From the NCBI RefSeq assembly GCF_006345805.1, contig NC_043012.1, positions 29,202,001 through 29,266,000 of the forward strand: a DNA stretch of 64,000 nt, written 5' to 3'. Below the pieces are notes generated by a model, which saw only the letters and a list, made by a program, of their open reading frames with translations, was not told the DNA's origin and searched no databases. This document shows, piece after piece, positions 1-14,430 of the stretch. The position numbers and the translations under genes were made by a program. The DNA is from Octopus sinensis (lineage: Eukaryota). Within the stretch, counting starts at the first letter, position 1. Every line of letters starts with the position of its first letter.

Positions 1-130
1 TATTCTCCCATCTCCTCATTCTCATCCACTTTGTTGTCTTACATTTATGTTGAAACAAGAAAGTTAATCTACGGTTTTTTTTTAGTCCTGCCACTTGTTT
101 AAAAAAAAAGAATAAAGAATATAGCAAAAT

Positions 131-168
<38 letters not shown>

Positions 169-636
169 AAAAAAACATCGAAATGAAAGAAAAATAGGGA
201 ACTGGAAAGAAAAAGGAAGAAAAAGAAGAAAGGAAAGACGGAAGGAAACAATCTGGGCAGGAAGACGAAAAGAACAAAATTAGTATAAAATAGAAGAATA
301 TCAACCAGAACAATAACATAACCACCTACAAAACAACAACAACAACAGCGGCTACGACGTTGACACCAGCAGCAGCAGCAACAAGAACCTGAAAGAAAAA
401 AGTTCTACTGATAATAGAGAGATTCACAGAGCTACTACCTTCCATAAGCTAATTATTGGCCCCTTATCAGAAGTAAGGCGTTCTTTGAGAAACACATTTC
501 TTTCGACCAAGCCGTCCTCTTGTCGAGTCACATGAATAATATCAGTGCCATATGGATATGAATCTGATACAACATTGGGTGACTGATATATTTTCTCTGT
601 CATCGAGCCTGCCTTCATTCTTCACACCAACACGCC

Positions 637-692
<56 letters not shown>

Positions 693-1017
693 CTCTCTCT
701 CTCTCTCTCTCTCACACATACCCACCCAACTCCCAACGCCAACCATCCGACGCCCACCCGGTCGGCTAATTTCTATTAAGTCGACTATAAATGGGAAGAA
801 CGATGATCACATTGAATTATGAAAACAAAACTAGAAGAGCGACCAACCGTAGAACTCACGCCCGGACATTCCCTGTCTCTTTCATTTTTCATCATTCCCT
901 GCCTCTCTTTTTCATATACATACATAGAGACGTACGTACGTAGTACATACATACATACATACATACATACATACATACAGACGTACATAGTACGTATGTA
1001 GTACATACATACATACA

Positions 1018-1048
<31 letters not shown>

Positions 1049-2002
1049 CCTACTGCAATCATTTCTCCTTCGTCCCACCTGTTCTCTGTCAGCATCGTGG
1101 CACAACAATTTCCCATCATTTAAATAAGCTATACTTTTCTCGTCAAATACGGTAAACTTCGGCAAAGTGGATCTCTGAAGCTCTCAGATACTTATTACAT
1201 TCTACTTCTAAAAACGTAAGTGGCTTTTGAATAAGAGTAATAGATGAATAGAAATGAGACAGTGTAACGTTCATACATTTCTGAAGGGTATATGGTGGTG
1301 TAAATGAAGACATCATTTTTATAGATCCTAGAAATTATTTGATAAGTCAGTTGTTATGTGATGTGAAACATCTACCGTAAGAGACCTTGTCTTTCGTCGC
1401 AGAATCAAGAAGAGGTAAAAACATTGTTCTTCACGTTGGTGTAAAGCAGCCAGAAACTAAAGAAGTGTCACACTAAGTCTGTTACTCTCGGTGGCTCATT
1501 ATCTTTTAAACTGAAGTATATATCGGTAGACAAGAGGGATATTTTCATCTTCAAACATTTGTGAAAGTCATTATAAGCATAACTTAAGGAATAATGGCTT
1601 GAATTTAGCGATCCAGTGATTTATCATGTTAGCTATGTCAGTCTTCGCTGTGTAATTCAGAATATCAGTTTCATAGTCATAACATATGTTCGGAAGGAGC
1701 AAACGAAGTACATACAAGCCGCTGACATTGTTCGAGCGTTGGGCGTAAAATAATTATTTGCGCACGCCTGTGACGACGGCATTTGTGCCAGGCTGCATCA
1801 CATCCCCCAATCTGTTTGTCTGATGACATCGGTGGAGTGCAAAGGGGAAGAGAAACTTGTTGCTTGTGAAACTATTGGTTGCCTATATATTAAAAATGTC
1901 GGAGTGCCGGTCAGATTTCTCCATGTATCTGCATGGACAATATGCATACATACGTACATACATGAATACAGATAGACATACGTATGTGTATATGTATGCA
2001 TG

Positions 2003-2101
<99 letters not shown>

Positions 2102-2126
2102 TATTATTATTATTATTATCATTATT

Positions 2127-2410
2127 CAGTAGTCTTCTTTTTATCTCGTGCTTTCACTGCATTACCGAGCGCATCCTGTGTGCGCTGGGTATGTGCTGTG
2201 GTTTGTTGTGATGCTCTTATTTTTGCTGTATTGAAAGTGTTCTACGTAGGATGTGTGCGGTGCCTAGTAGTGCTATTTTCTGTGTGTTATATGTACTAGT
2301 TAGTCTTGGTGCTCTTGTTATGTTTTTGTCTGAACGTTTTTTATCATATCTAGGAATTGCTTCTGTTTTTAGAATCCACATTCAAGTTACCTCCATTTTC
2401 AGATCTTTCG
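2127..2410 (-). mobile_element. 5'-truncated, diverged 3' end of the R4/Dong-type LINE family seen at 3409-6238
   Basis: Aligns by eye with 3409-~3710 (cagtagt...gtgctttcact...gggtatgtgctgtg...aggatgtgtgc.gtgcctagtagtgc); abuts an (ATT)n tract like the longer copy. Confidence 0.85.
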
Positions 2411-3408
2411 AATTGTGTCCGCTGCTCTTATTGGTTGGTTTTGGTGCAGTTTAACTCTTGCTTTATTTCGCGCCAATGTGTAAACCAACCAATCGCAGCC
2501 TTCTGATAAGGTCCTATGACAGTCTTCTAGGTTCTTTTCTGGAGCCCACTAATCTCTTTAAAAGCTAGATTAACAAACCGTAATTCGTCTTTGGTTCTAG
2601 TCCTTCTTAGGACTAACCTCTAACTACAGCGACTCAGCCATGTTCCAGCGACTGCGTCACCACCACCATCACAGCAGTATTTTAGGACCTTTCTCCACCG
2701 TCGCCTTATCGACACCACTAACATCAATACGTGCACAGCCATTTCGCCTAGGTTTAACTACACGCTGTTTGTGAATACCTACCAAGGTTAACAGCCAACC
2801 CTACCTGCGAGAACCTTCTGTATCAAGTAACCCGACACAGCATTGAAGCCACAACCGCTACACGACATGTGTTCAACCGGTATCTGCCTAGTGACCCCAA
2901 CTTCATTGTTACAGAACATCTGCTATTGTGTATCTTACTACGAACTGGTATAATCTTTTACCTTGTGTCTGAACATTCATCTAGCGTCCTGATTATAGAC
3001 TTTCTATGCTCTGTATTTTATCTCACTCACATATATCTTGCTTGAACACACACATTATTGACGGCCTGTCTATATTATTATTATTATTACGTATGTACTT
3101 ATGTCGATCACACAGACACACACTTATAACTCAAACACGTACACAGACACTCTGCTACCCACATGTCAACACCTAAATAAACCTCTCTCTTAAACATATC
3201 AGTTGTGTCTTGTCTCTTATTCCTTTTGGCACTTGTTCATTTACCCATATTTTGGCTTTTATTGTAAGGCGACCGTGCGGTGTTTAAAGGAGTCATTCAT
3301 TCGTCACCATCTTCTTTCGTACGGTCGTTCCACACATCCATTAATTATTACTATTATTAAACCCTTATGGTTGATAAAGAAATTATTATTATCATTATTA
3401 TTATTATT

Positions 3409-6238
3409 CAGTAGTTTTATTTTTATAGCGTGCTTTCACTTCACTACCGAGCGCAGCTCTGTGTGCCTTGGGTATGTGCTGTGATTTGTTGTGATGCTCT
3501 GATGGTTATTGTATGGAAAGTGTTCTGCGTAGGATGTGTGCAGTGCCTAGTAGTGCAATTTTCTGTATGTTATATGTGTTTGTAAGTCCTAGTGTTTTTG
3601 TTATGTATTTGTCTGAATATTTTTTTATCATGCCTAATGCACCTACTATGATAGGAATTGTTTCTGTTTTCAGATTCCACATTCTAGTTACCTCTATTTC
3701 CAGGTCTTTGTATTTTGAGAGTTTCTCCATTTCTTTTAGAGACACGTTGTCATCAGCCGGTATTGATACATCAATTAGAAAGCATTTTTTTTCTTCATGG
3801 TCTCTGACAACTATATCTGGTCTGTTGGCCTTAATTTCTCTGTCTGTGTGTATCGGCATATCCCAGAGTATGGTTGCTTTCTCGTTTTCTTTGACCTTTT
3901 CTGGTGTGTGCCTATACCATCTTTTTTCTGTTGTTATTCCATAATGTTGGCATAGCTTCCAATGTATCTAGGTTCCAACTCTGTCATGTCTGTGAGTATA
4001 TTCCTTCTTAGCCAGGACTGGGCAGCTAGAGATAATATGATTTATTGTTTCTTGTCCATCTCAACATATTCTGCAGTTACTTGTAATATTTCTTTTCATT
4101 ACATGTTTTTGGTAATTTCTGGTGAGGAGGCTTTGGTCTTGTGCTGCAATTAAAAATCCCTCTGTTTTTGCTTTGAGTCCTGAGCTTCTCAACCATTGCT
4201 GGGATTTTTCTTTGTCTATTTCTTTTGCGTTTAGTTTAGTCCAGTATTTACCATGAAGGGGCTTTTCTTGCCATCGTTTTATCATGGTTCGTTGCTGTTC
4301 TATTTTTAGCTTGGATTTCATTTGTTTTATAGCTTTTGTTGTTTCTTCATCTTCTTCTTCTTCTTCATGTTTATTAGGTGGTATGATTTCTTGTTTGTAT
4401 TTGTCAGCTTCCTTAAATACTGAGAACAGTTTTTTGTTTTGCTCGTGTTTTGCCGCTATCTGGATCAGTTTTCCTTCCTTCTGAAGTAGATATTTTTGCA
4501 GTCCTATGGTGGTTATTTTATAGTAGTTTTCCAGCTGTATAAGGCCTCTACCACCTTCTATACGTTGTATATATAGTCTTTCTATGTCAGATTTTGGGTG
4601 ATGCATCCTAGATCCTGTCATTATTTTTCTTGTTTTCCTATCTATTTTGGTCAGTTCATTTCGTGTCCAGTTAAGGATATTGTAGCTGTAACTTATAACT
4701 GGGACAGCTAAAGTGTTGATACCTATTATCTTGTTTTTAGCATTGAGCTCTGTGTTTAGTATTGATCTAACTCGTCTATAATATTCTTTTTTATTTTCTC
4801 TTTCATTGTGTGTGTTGTGTCTTATCTAGTTCATGGATTCCTAAGTATTTGTAAGTTTGGCTTTGGTCTAATTCTTTTATTTTATTGGTTTTATCTAGTG
4901 TGATGTTGTTACTCTTAACTAGTTTTCCTCTTTTCATGGTTACTTTGGTGCATTTTTCTAATCCAAATTTCATATCTATTTCTTTGGTAAATCCATGAAC
5001 TGTCTTTAATAGTGTTTCCAGCTGTTTGTCATTTGCAGCGTATAGTTTTAGGTCATCCATATATAAAAGTGGCTGATCGTTTTGCCGTAACATTTATATC
5101 CGCATCCAGTTCTATTTAGCATATCAGATAGAGGTGACAGTGCCAAGCAGAAAAGGAGTGGAGAGAGCGTGTCTCCCTGGAATATTCCTCTTCTAATGGG
5201 GATGTCTTTGGTTTTCATGAGTCCCTCTTTTTGTTTGGAGGTGTAGGACTGTTTGCCATTTATTCATAGAGTGCTCTATGAATTTTATGATTGTTGGTGC
5301 TACTTTGTTAGTGGCTAGTGTTTCGAGGATCCATGTGTGGGGGATGCGATCAAACGCCTTTTTGTAGTCAATCCAGGCCATACTGAGGCCTTTCTTCTTT
5401 CTGTGGCTGTCTTCAGTTATGGTTTTATTAATCATTAGTTGATCTTTACAGCCATATGAGCCTTTGCGGCATCCTTTCTGCTCTTCTGGGAACAGTTTGT
5501 TTTCGTCCAGGTGTTTGTTCAGCCTTTGTGATTTCACTGCAGTAAATGCCTTGAACATAGTAGGGAGGCAGGTTATTGGTCTGTAGTTTTCTGGTTTTTC
5601 TGTTTCATTTGATTTGGGAATTAAGATGGTTTTCCCCTTCGTGAGCCATTCAGGCATTGTCTCTGGCTCTGCTAGTACGTTGTTAAAGTTTTCAGCCAGC
5701 TTTTTGTGCATTCCTGTTAGATATTTCAACCAGAAGTTGGGGATCTTGTCATGCCCAGGTGCCTTCCAGTTGCTTAGTCTTTGCAGTGCCTGGGTGACCT
5801 CTTCAGTTGTTATGCCGAGTTTGTTATTTTGATACTCCTTTTTTTTGGTGGTTCGTTCGCCGACCATATTTCTCTCCAGAATTCTTCCAATTCTTCTGCC
5901 GTTGGTGCTGCAGTGACTTCTATTTTATTTTTGCCCAGTTCTTGGTAGAACTTTTTGGGGTTGGAGTTGAACTTTTTGTTTCCTTCAAAGAAGCGTTGGC
6001 GTTTCTTGTATCGGCGGATCCTTTGTGCTTTGGCAAGGATATCTTGCTTCAGCTTTTCTTTTATTTCAGGCAAATCTTTCTCTGTGATGTTATATTTGCG
6101 GAGTATTTTTGTTTTCTTTTTGTTGCTCAGTAGCGTTGATTGTTTGCTGATTTCATTAAGAATCGACAGGTCTTTTCTAATTTTTTATTTTGCTTTGGAT
6201 GTTATTTATCCACAGGGATTGTTTGGGTGGTGGTACTC
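3409..6238 (-). mobile_element. R4/Dong-clade non-LTR retrotransposon (RT plus REL endonuclease), 5'-truncated and frameshifted, inserted in (TAA)n
   Basis: ORF pieces: KAPGHDKIPNFWLK, ENYRPITCL, QKGCRKG, AWIDYKKAFD (5193-5867); LYMDDLKLY (4803-5093); GGRGL...AAQDQSL...CRIC (4061-4621); RPDIV..IDVSIP..EKLSKY (3506-3859); (ATT)n on both flanks. Confidence 0.92.
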
Positions 6239-6983
<745 letters not shown>

Positions 6984-8332
6984 GTTTCAATATCGACAGA
7001 AAAATAAGAAAACTGTTGACAATGCATAGAATGCACCACCCTAAGGCAGATACAGAACGACTTTATCTGCCAAGAAAAGAGGGAGGCCGTGGTCTTTTGC
7101 AACTGGCAATAACAATGAAGATTGCTACAATTGGCCTAGACACCTACCTAAAAAAGTCTGAGGACTGGATGTTAAAACTTGTCTCAAAACATGAAAACAA
7201 GAAAGCATCATACTCAGTAACAAAACAGGCAAAGGAATATCTAAGTGAATTCCGAATACAACAAATTTCGGAATTAGAGATAGACATACAAGAAACAAGC
7301 ACAGAAAAAGCTAGGCGCATGAAAACCCGTGCCAAAGCTGCGGCCTTAGATATTCTGAATAATAAATGGCAAGAAAAACCTCTCTATAGCAAATACCCTA
7401 AGAGAGCGAATAATGCAGATATTGACAAAGCCCTGACCCATCAATGGCTAATGGCCTCTGGCTTAAAATCTGAAACAGAAGGGTTTATCATAGCAGCTCA
7501 AGATCAATGCCTACCAACAAGAAACTACCAGGCCAACATATTAAAGAACGGCAGTAGCCCATGTCGTGTATGCCGACAACAAAATGAAACCATTGATCAT
7601 GTCTCTAAATGCAGTCTTCTTGCGCCTACAGAGTACCTCAACAGGCATGATAGAGCTGCACAATATATTCACTGGGTAATTTGCAAAAACTTGGATTTGC
7701 CCCATGAAAAAACTGGTGGGAACACAAACCACCCCCAGTGCTTAAAAATGACCACATCTCACTCCTCTGGAACTTCACCATTCAAACTGACAGAAAGATA
7801 GATGCAAATAGGCCAGACATCATATTGAAAGACTTCAAACAAAGAACATGCCTCCTCATTGATATGACTGTCCCAATCGATATAAACGTATCTGTCAAGA
7901 CCTACCAAAAACTGAGCAAATATAAAGATCTTGAAATAGAAATCAGCAAAATGTGGAACCTGAAGACTAAACAATACCTGTTGTCATAGTTGCCCTGGGA
8001 ATGATAGCAAAAGGGGCTGATAGCTACCTAACTCAGATACCAGGAAACCCCAAAATGGCAGAAATTCAAAAGATAGTGCTCATGGGAACTGCTCATATCC
8101 TACGCAAAATACTTTCTATGTAATTTCAAGGTTTAAAAGAAACATAATTTTCGGTTTGTAAAAAAAAATTTTTTTTTAGACATTCATTAGTACAACACCA
8201 AAACCCCCACCACCCCAAATATATGGCTCACTAGGCATAACAACAACATGAACTTCCAACCTGTTGTCTCTTGAGGTCTCTGGGTGAGACTTGGAGCCAA
8301 CTTGTACAGACATAAAGCAAAAGTCAAACATA

Positions 8333-8333
<1 letters not shown>
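6984..8333 (+). mobile_element. Second R4/Dong-type LINE family, 3' portion with CCHC and REL domain
   Basis: MHHPKADTERLYLPRKEGGRGLLQL, IIAAQDQCLPTRNY, CRVC..H...C, RHD (7016-7801); ANRPDII..IDMTVP..QKLSKY (7738-7989); (AAT)n on both flanks. Confidence 0.92.
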
Positions 8334-8401
<68 letters not shown>

Positions 8402-8460
8402 TAATAATAGCAACAGATTATGCGAAGAATGCAATGTAATAGCCATAAATATTTTGTTGA

Positions 8461-8505
8461 TTTGAACGAGATTTCGACAGCTTGCCTGTCTTTGTCGAGT
8501 TCAAA
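8461..8505 (-). ncRNA. Hammerhead-like motif, U3-A8 core variant
   Basis: Minus strand TTTGAAC-TCGACAA-A-GACAG gcaag CTGTC-GAAA-TCTC-GTTCAAA: 7-bp stem I, 5-bp stem II, GAAA, minimal stem III; same strand as the PLE ORF. Confidence 0.7.
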
Positions 8506-9165
8506 ATGAAAAGGGATACATAGAAATTATAAATTATAAAAATTCAAATTCAAAAATTTGAACGAGGGGAACCTGCATTCTCACGTTGACAGAATGACAT
8601 CATCAGTCCTCAATTTTCAAATTTACAACTGGTAAAAAGAAAAAGAAAGATAAAAATGCGAAAAAAAACCCCAGTTTTGTGCAAATATTATGAAATTCCC
8701 CTTCAGGGCGTGATGCTAATAACTCACAAACATATTTCTCCTCATGCATTTTGAGGACTGAAAGTATAGCAGATTCAGAATATTTTCTGAGAATATGCAC
8801 GTTTAAGTGTTTTTCAAAGTTTCAAAATTGCAGCCGTTTGATGAAAATGTTCGGGAAGTTCTGTCGAACTAGTGTTATTGTGCCTGACCTCATATCTGTG
8901 CTCATTGAATCTTTTACTTAATTGTTCTGTTGTACAACCAACATAAATCAAGTTGTGTTCGGTGCATTCTGTTGCGTACACTAAATAGGAATTTCTACAC
9001 GTCTCACCTTCCGTGTAAATCATAACATTTCTGTTATGATTCCTGATGGAATTCACTTGACTCATGTTGTTGAACAACGAACAAGGTTTACTTCTCTTGT
9101 GGCTGTTTTTCAAGGTACAGCGTGCAGAAACTTCAATGTTAGTTTTCTTGGAGTCAGAAGTAGAG

Positions 9166-9324
9166 CATTTACATTATTTTCATTCGACGGATATATGTCC
9201 TCATCTTGTTTGTTGTTAACACAATGTTTCGGCTGATATACCCCCCAGCCTTCATCAAGTGTCTTGGGGAAATTTTGAACCTGGGTTCTCATTCCTAAGG
9301 TATTTTTCGATGTTATTGTTGTTG

Positions 9325-9385
<61 letters not shown>

Positions 9386-9465
9386 GATTATGATTATTAT
9401 TATTATTATTATTCAGGTCACTGCCTGGAATCGAACTCGGATTCTTGGGGTTAGTAGCCCGCGCG
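9166..9465 (-). mobile_element. tRNA-headed, HHR-containing SINE, copy 1 (inverted arm, A box deleted)
   Basis: Reverse complement of copy 2; HHR at 9218-9263 reads GACAC-TTGATGA-A-GGCTG..CAGCC-GAAA-CATT-GTGTT. Confidence 0.85.
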
Positions 9466-9480
9466 ATATGCTCGTGGGCA

Positions 9481-9546
9481 TGTGGCGTAGTGGTTAAGAG
9501 CACGGGCTACTAACCTCAAGATTCCGAGTTCGATTCCAGGCAGTGA

Positions 9547-9620
<74 letters not shown>

Positions 9621-9787
9621 TCGAAAAATACCTTAGGAATGAGAACCCAGGTTCGAAATTTCCCCAAGACACCTGATGAAGGCTGGAGGGTATATAAGCC
9701 AAAACGTTGTGTTAATAAGAAACAAAATGAGGACAAATATCCGTCAAATGTAAATAATGTAAATAATGTACATAATTCCTCGAACTG
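9481..9787 (+). mobile_element. tRNA-headed, HHR-containing SINE, copy 2
   Basis: A box TGGCGTAGTGG, B box GAGTTCGATTCC, (AAT)n, HHR at 9668-9713 GACAC-CTGATGA-A-GGCTG..AAGCC-AAAA-CGTT-GTGTT, tail (TGTAAATAA)n. Confidence 0.88.
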
Positions 9788-10502
9788 CATTGTCAAAAGT
9801 AGTGGTTAATGGTTCTCTTATATTTTTATTCCGTCTAAAGGCTACAATAGGCGGCTGAGGAAATATATGTTTGAAACGGGGGTATTTTTCTGCAACATGC
9901 TGGCAACGTTCATGTAACACTTTTGAAATGCCAGCGAAATTTTGGTGCCAGTTAATTACTAAAGGAATTCTGTCACATATGGTACTTTGTATTCTAAAAT
10001 TATGCGTGGAAGTTTGACTTTCTTTGCTAATCTTAGCTATGTCATTTGCAATCCTGACTCACTGTAACCGCGTTCGACATAATGCCGCACAAAATCATTT
10101 GCATGCTTACAGTAACTCCCTATATCAGTACAAATCAGTTTTATCCTCAAAAGTTGTGATTTGAGATTTGACCGAATTATATGATGTTGATGATCGGAGC
10201 GGCGGTGGAGGTAAATGTGGATTACGTGGGCTTGCAAAATAACTATTCTGCCTCCAGAAAACTTAATTTTTGTGTGCTAAAATTCAACGCAAGTTTTTGA
10301 AAAACTAGACGTAAATTTTAGCATAACAGTCACAGAAATGCAACAGGTCAATTAAACTATCCTGTGATCCTTCCCAGACAAAAAAACATCATTAGTGAAC
10401 CGTAACCGGAGTATTGGTTCATGACCATGTAGGCATTTGAATGTTACTGAAGTAACTATGTCTTGATTTTCATTTCGTACTCTTCGTATTATCTATTGGG
10501 AG

Positions 10503-10661
10503 TTACGTTAATCCTTCTAAAGTATAATAATAATAATAATAATAATATTAATAAAAATAATTCTTCTTCTTCTTCTTCTTCTTCTTCTTCTTCTTCTTCT
10601 TCTTCTTCTTCTTCTTCTTCTTCTTCTTCTTCTTCTTCTTCTTCTTCTTCTTCTTCTTCTT

Positions 10662-10747
<86 letters not shown>
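10503..10747. repeat. Compound microsatellite (AAT)n-(TTC)n-(TTA)n
   Basis: Direct reading. Confidence 0.95.
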
Positions 10748-11197
10748 GTGAAGAAGGTTCTTTTCTCTGTTTGGTGGGGTTGCAAAGGAGTCATCCACTT
10801 TGAGTTGCTACCAACTAAAGCAACAATCAATGCTCGAATCTACTGCCAGCAATTAGAGTGTTTGAACGCTGCTTTGAAGAAAAAAAGGCTTGTTTTAATG
10901 AATCGAAAGGGAGTGGTATTTCATCAGGACAATGCAAGATCACGTCACAGAAGGAGAGAAACTTGGCTGGGAGAAAATTACTCATCCGCCATCATTTGGA
11001 TGGATTAACTCAGGAAAAAACTGACCTTCCAGAGTTCTTCTCTTCGAACTAATGGAATTAAAAAGCTTACGCGTAGACGGAAAGATGTCATAGATAATTA
11101 TGGAAACTATATTGAAGATTAAGTTTCTTTAAAATGTAAGATTTGATCGCTTATTTTCCTTATTTAAAATCTGGACATTACTTATGAGAAGGCCCGT
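10748..11197 (+). mobile_element. mariner transposase 3' relic with right-end remnant
   Basis: KKVLFSVWWGCKGVIHFELL..TINARIYCQQL..RKGVVFHQDNAR is the mariner catalytic-domain signature. Confidence 0.88.
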
Positions 11198-11229
11198 GTG
11201 CACCCACTTGTGACATATCTATGTGTGCA

Positions 11230-11850
11230 CCTACTTTTTCGACAATGGAATCGGTAAGAAATATTCACTCTATTTTAGAAAATGAAGCTTTAATCGTCAA
11301 GTCCTGCCAGCGATGGTTTGGCCTGCTTCACAATGGAAATTTCTCTCTTGCAGCAGTATTGCCTTTGATCTGGAGGACCGAGGGCTACCAATATTGTGCT
11401 TCTGAAAACTGTTTTTGAGAAAGCAAACTGCGTGAGAATTAGCAAAGCAGTTCAGTTCAGATCATACTTTGATCACAAGGCAACTTTGATCAAAAGATAG
11501 GAAAAATGTCTAAACGTGGTTAGTGCTCTCTAGTCATCTGACTGCTTGTCAGTCGAATAAAAATAAAATTGCCTTCTTCTCGTCTTTAATGAGTCGACTT
11601 GCTACCGAATCGTTCTTGGGTAAAGTCATCACAAGTGAGGAAAAACGATTTCTCAATAGTCATATCCAATGAAAACGACAATGGTTGGTACCCAATGAAA
11701 AACGAAAATCCATCTCCAAACCTGGACTGCGCCCCAAAACAATTATGGTCTGTAGTTGTTGATATAAAGGGTATTAAAACAAAAAGTAACAGTTAATGCA
11801 GAGTAGTATTGTCGTCAAGTGGTCAATCGTAAAGAAGTTTGCTTTTACAC
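11230..11850 (+). mobile_element. Highly decayed mariner-like transposase remnant
   Basis: CQRWFGLLHNGNFSL resembles the mariner HTH (WF..F..G.F.L); the rest is degenerate. Confidence 0.45.
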
Positions 11851-12365
11851 AAGAATACAAGACCACATATTGCCTAAGACACCCCGGGAAAGATTATAGC
11901 ATTAATATGGAATATAGACCTGAGAAACATTTGTTTCGTTTACATCTTCAAATGAGACAGGACTTTCTTTTTAACTTAATATATTATATGATTTGCATAT
12001 ATGTACATACACACAGAGAGACTTGTATGTGTGTGTATACATATATACATATATATGTAAGTATATATGTATATTTGTATGTAAATATACACACATACCA
12101 ACATACGAACGTGCGCACACACATATACAGGATGTTCGGGATAAATTTGACAGTTTGTATGAAAGGAAATGAAAACAATATCGTATACAAAATTAAAAGT
12201 ATTTTAAAACATCAAAAAATATCAACTGGATTATGGCCAAGAGATAGTTTACACAAAGTAGTCACCCTCAATCTGCTGCCACGGCAATTTTTATTACTGC
12301 ATTAAATAAGTAAAATTCTACCAAAGCCGTTGTAAATTTTAAACTCCATTTGCGTTTACATCTTA

Positions 12366-12452
<87 letters not shown>

Positions 12453-12480
12453 CACACGCACACACACACACACACACACA

Positions 12481-12790
12481 TGGTTGTTTTGTTGTAAGTG
12501 GCACTCCGTCGGTAATGACGACGACAATGGTTCCAGTTGATCCGATCAACGGAACAGGGAGCTCGTGAAATTAACGTGTAATTGGCTGAGCACTCCACTG
12601 ACACGCGTACCCTTAACATGTACCCACTCAGAGAGTTTCGGTGTGACACAGAGTGTGACAGGTACTACTCATTCTTGCTAGCTGACTGGACTGCAGCAAC
12701 GTAAAATAAAGTGTCTTACTCAACGACACAATGCAATCCTGGAATCGAACTCACAGCTTTGCGATCGTGAGCCGAATAACCCAACCTATA
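12481..12790 (-). mobile_element. tRNA-derived SINE
   Basis: Minus strand B box GAGTTCGATTCC near 12740-12752, followed by a TGTGTCGTTGAGTAAGACACTT core-like segment. Confidence 0.65.
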
Positions 12791-12918
12791 TGTGTGTATA
12801 TGCATATTCTTTTATTCTTTTATATGTTTCAGTCCAATGACTGTGGCCATGCTGGAGCACAACATCTGTTTGTTTTGTACACCACCTGTCTTCGTCTTTT
12901 GTTTTTTTCGTAAACTCT

Positions 12919-12965
<47 letters not shown>

Positions 12966-12967
<2 letters not shown>

Positions 12968-13349
12968 GTGATACCTTGCAGTTCGATTTTAATTCGTTCC
13001 ATGACCGAGCTCGTCTTACGATTTACTCGTTTTGCAAATCAGTTTTTCCCATTAAAATTAACTGAAATGTAATTAATGCGTTCCGGCCCCGCAAAACCAC
13101 TCAAAAATAATTTTTTATCGGTTTTAAAATAGAAAAGAAGTAGCTACAAGTATAATATTATTATATAGAAGAGAATGCGAAAGAAATATGTAAAGTGGTT
13201 TTATTAGCTGAATTACCTTAAAGATGGGACGATTCGTGTGTTCGTACTGCGGATTTCCGCTCGTACATCAAGACAAAAATTCGCACGTCTCTCCGCTCGT
13301 ACAGCAAATTACTTGTATAATGGGGCACTCGTACTGCAAGGTTCTACTG
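12966..13349. mobile_element. pogo/Tigger-type MITE (~384 bp)
   Basis: TIRs CAGTGATACCTTGCAGTTCGA / TCGTACTGCAAGGTTCTACTG, TA after the right end, inserted in (TA)n. Confidence 0.8.
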
Positions 13350-13362
13350 TACATATATATAT

Positions 13363-13407
<45 letters not shown>

Positions 13408-13484
13408 GTGTGTGTGTGTGTGTGTATGTATTTATATATATATACACATATATACGCATATTTTATATGTATGTGTGTGTATAA

Positions 13485-13519
<35 letters not shown>

Positions 13520-14430
13520 TGTCATTTATGTACAAGTGATTGTGTGTATATATTCATTCTGTGAAACTAAAAGATATTAGATCTGGAAGACGTGAGTCAG
13601 TTTGCTTTATACTTTCTTAGAAAACCTCAACAGTTTGAGACGAATGCAAATATGCTGTTATATATTGGCCGTTGTATCTATGATATTAGGTACAGATTAG
13701 AATTGCTTAGCCATAAAAAAAGAATCTATAATTGGTTTACCATAGATGTTCTCTTTTACTACAGCTTTAGACGAGACATTCACATCAACCGAGTAGCTAG
13801 GCCCTATAATAGTACAAGAATTGTTCGATATCCCATAGAACTATATTAGGTCTTTTGTGTTCGAAACTGGTATTAGGATGTTCCATCAAGATTCCCTACT
13901 TTAAAATCTGTCTTTACATTCTGATTCTGATATATCTTTAGCATGATTGTAGCTGGTATTGGTAATTCTACCACAGAGTAGAAATTTGGAGTAATCTCTT
14001 TTATTAATTATCTCTCTTATTGGAGTATCTCTTTTATTGATAAATTATTCAGTAAGTGTTATGTGTAGTTTGGGTTCTAATGGGATAGACAACCAAATGA
14101 AAACCATTGTTATTGTTACGTGTTTATTTTCTATTCATGATACACGGACGACGACATTCAGCGTAGTGATACATTATATACTTTACACACAGTTGTACTG
14201 TTCACTAACAAAATAGTGCCAAGAGTGGGGATGTAGTTTGGCATACGCAAACACATAGATATGAATGTGTAACATCCCTTCTTCTTGAAAAAAATAAAGG
14301 GGACTTCTGGCAGTGAAGACAACTATGAGTAGTCTCCCTTGCTCTATGGATTGTCAGCCTGAGGTGGCAATCCTACAGCAGAAGTCGTGAGATTATTCTG
14401 CCTCTGCTTTTCATTTTCCCTTTTTTTTCT

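Larger units (their letters stand above)
8410..10440 (-). mobile_element. Decayed Penelope-like element (RT remnants, GIY-YIG, 3' repeat with HHR), interrupted by a SINE pair
   Basis: 8814-9113 CRNSYLVYATEC..IYVGCTTEQLSKRFNEHR (GIY-YIG); minus strand near 10370-10410 reads WLRFTNDVFFVW (PLE RT YxDD region, degenerate); HIYLHRRSDH in 10037-10237. Confidence 0.85.

Noticed and set aside
424-618. 64-aa non-repetitive ORF as a possible host exon
   Set aside because: No recognisable domain or splice evidence; the length is expected by chance
1815-1865. CTGATGA...GAAA as a hammerhead
   Set aside because: No convincing stem I or stem II pairing
9484-9548. Possible bona fide tRNA gene
   Set aside because: The acceptor and anticodon stems are imperfect and it is the head of a repeated element
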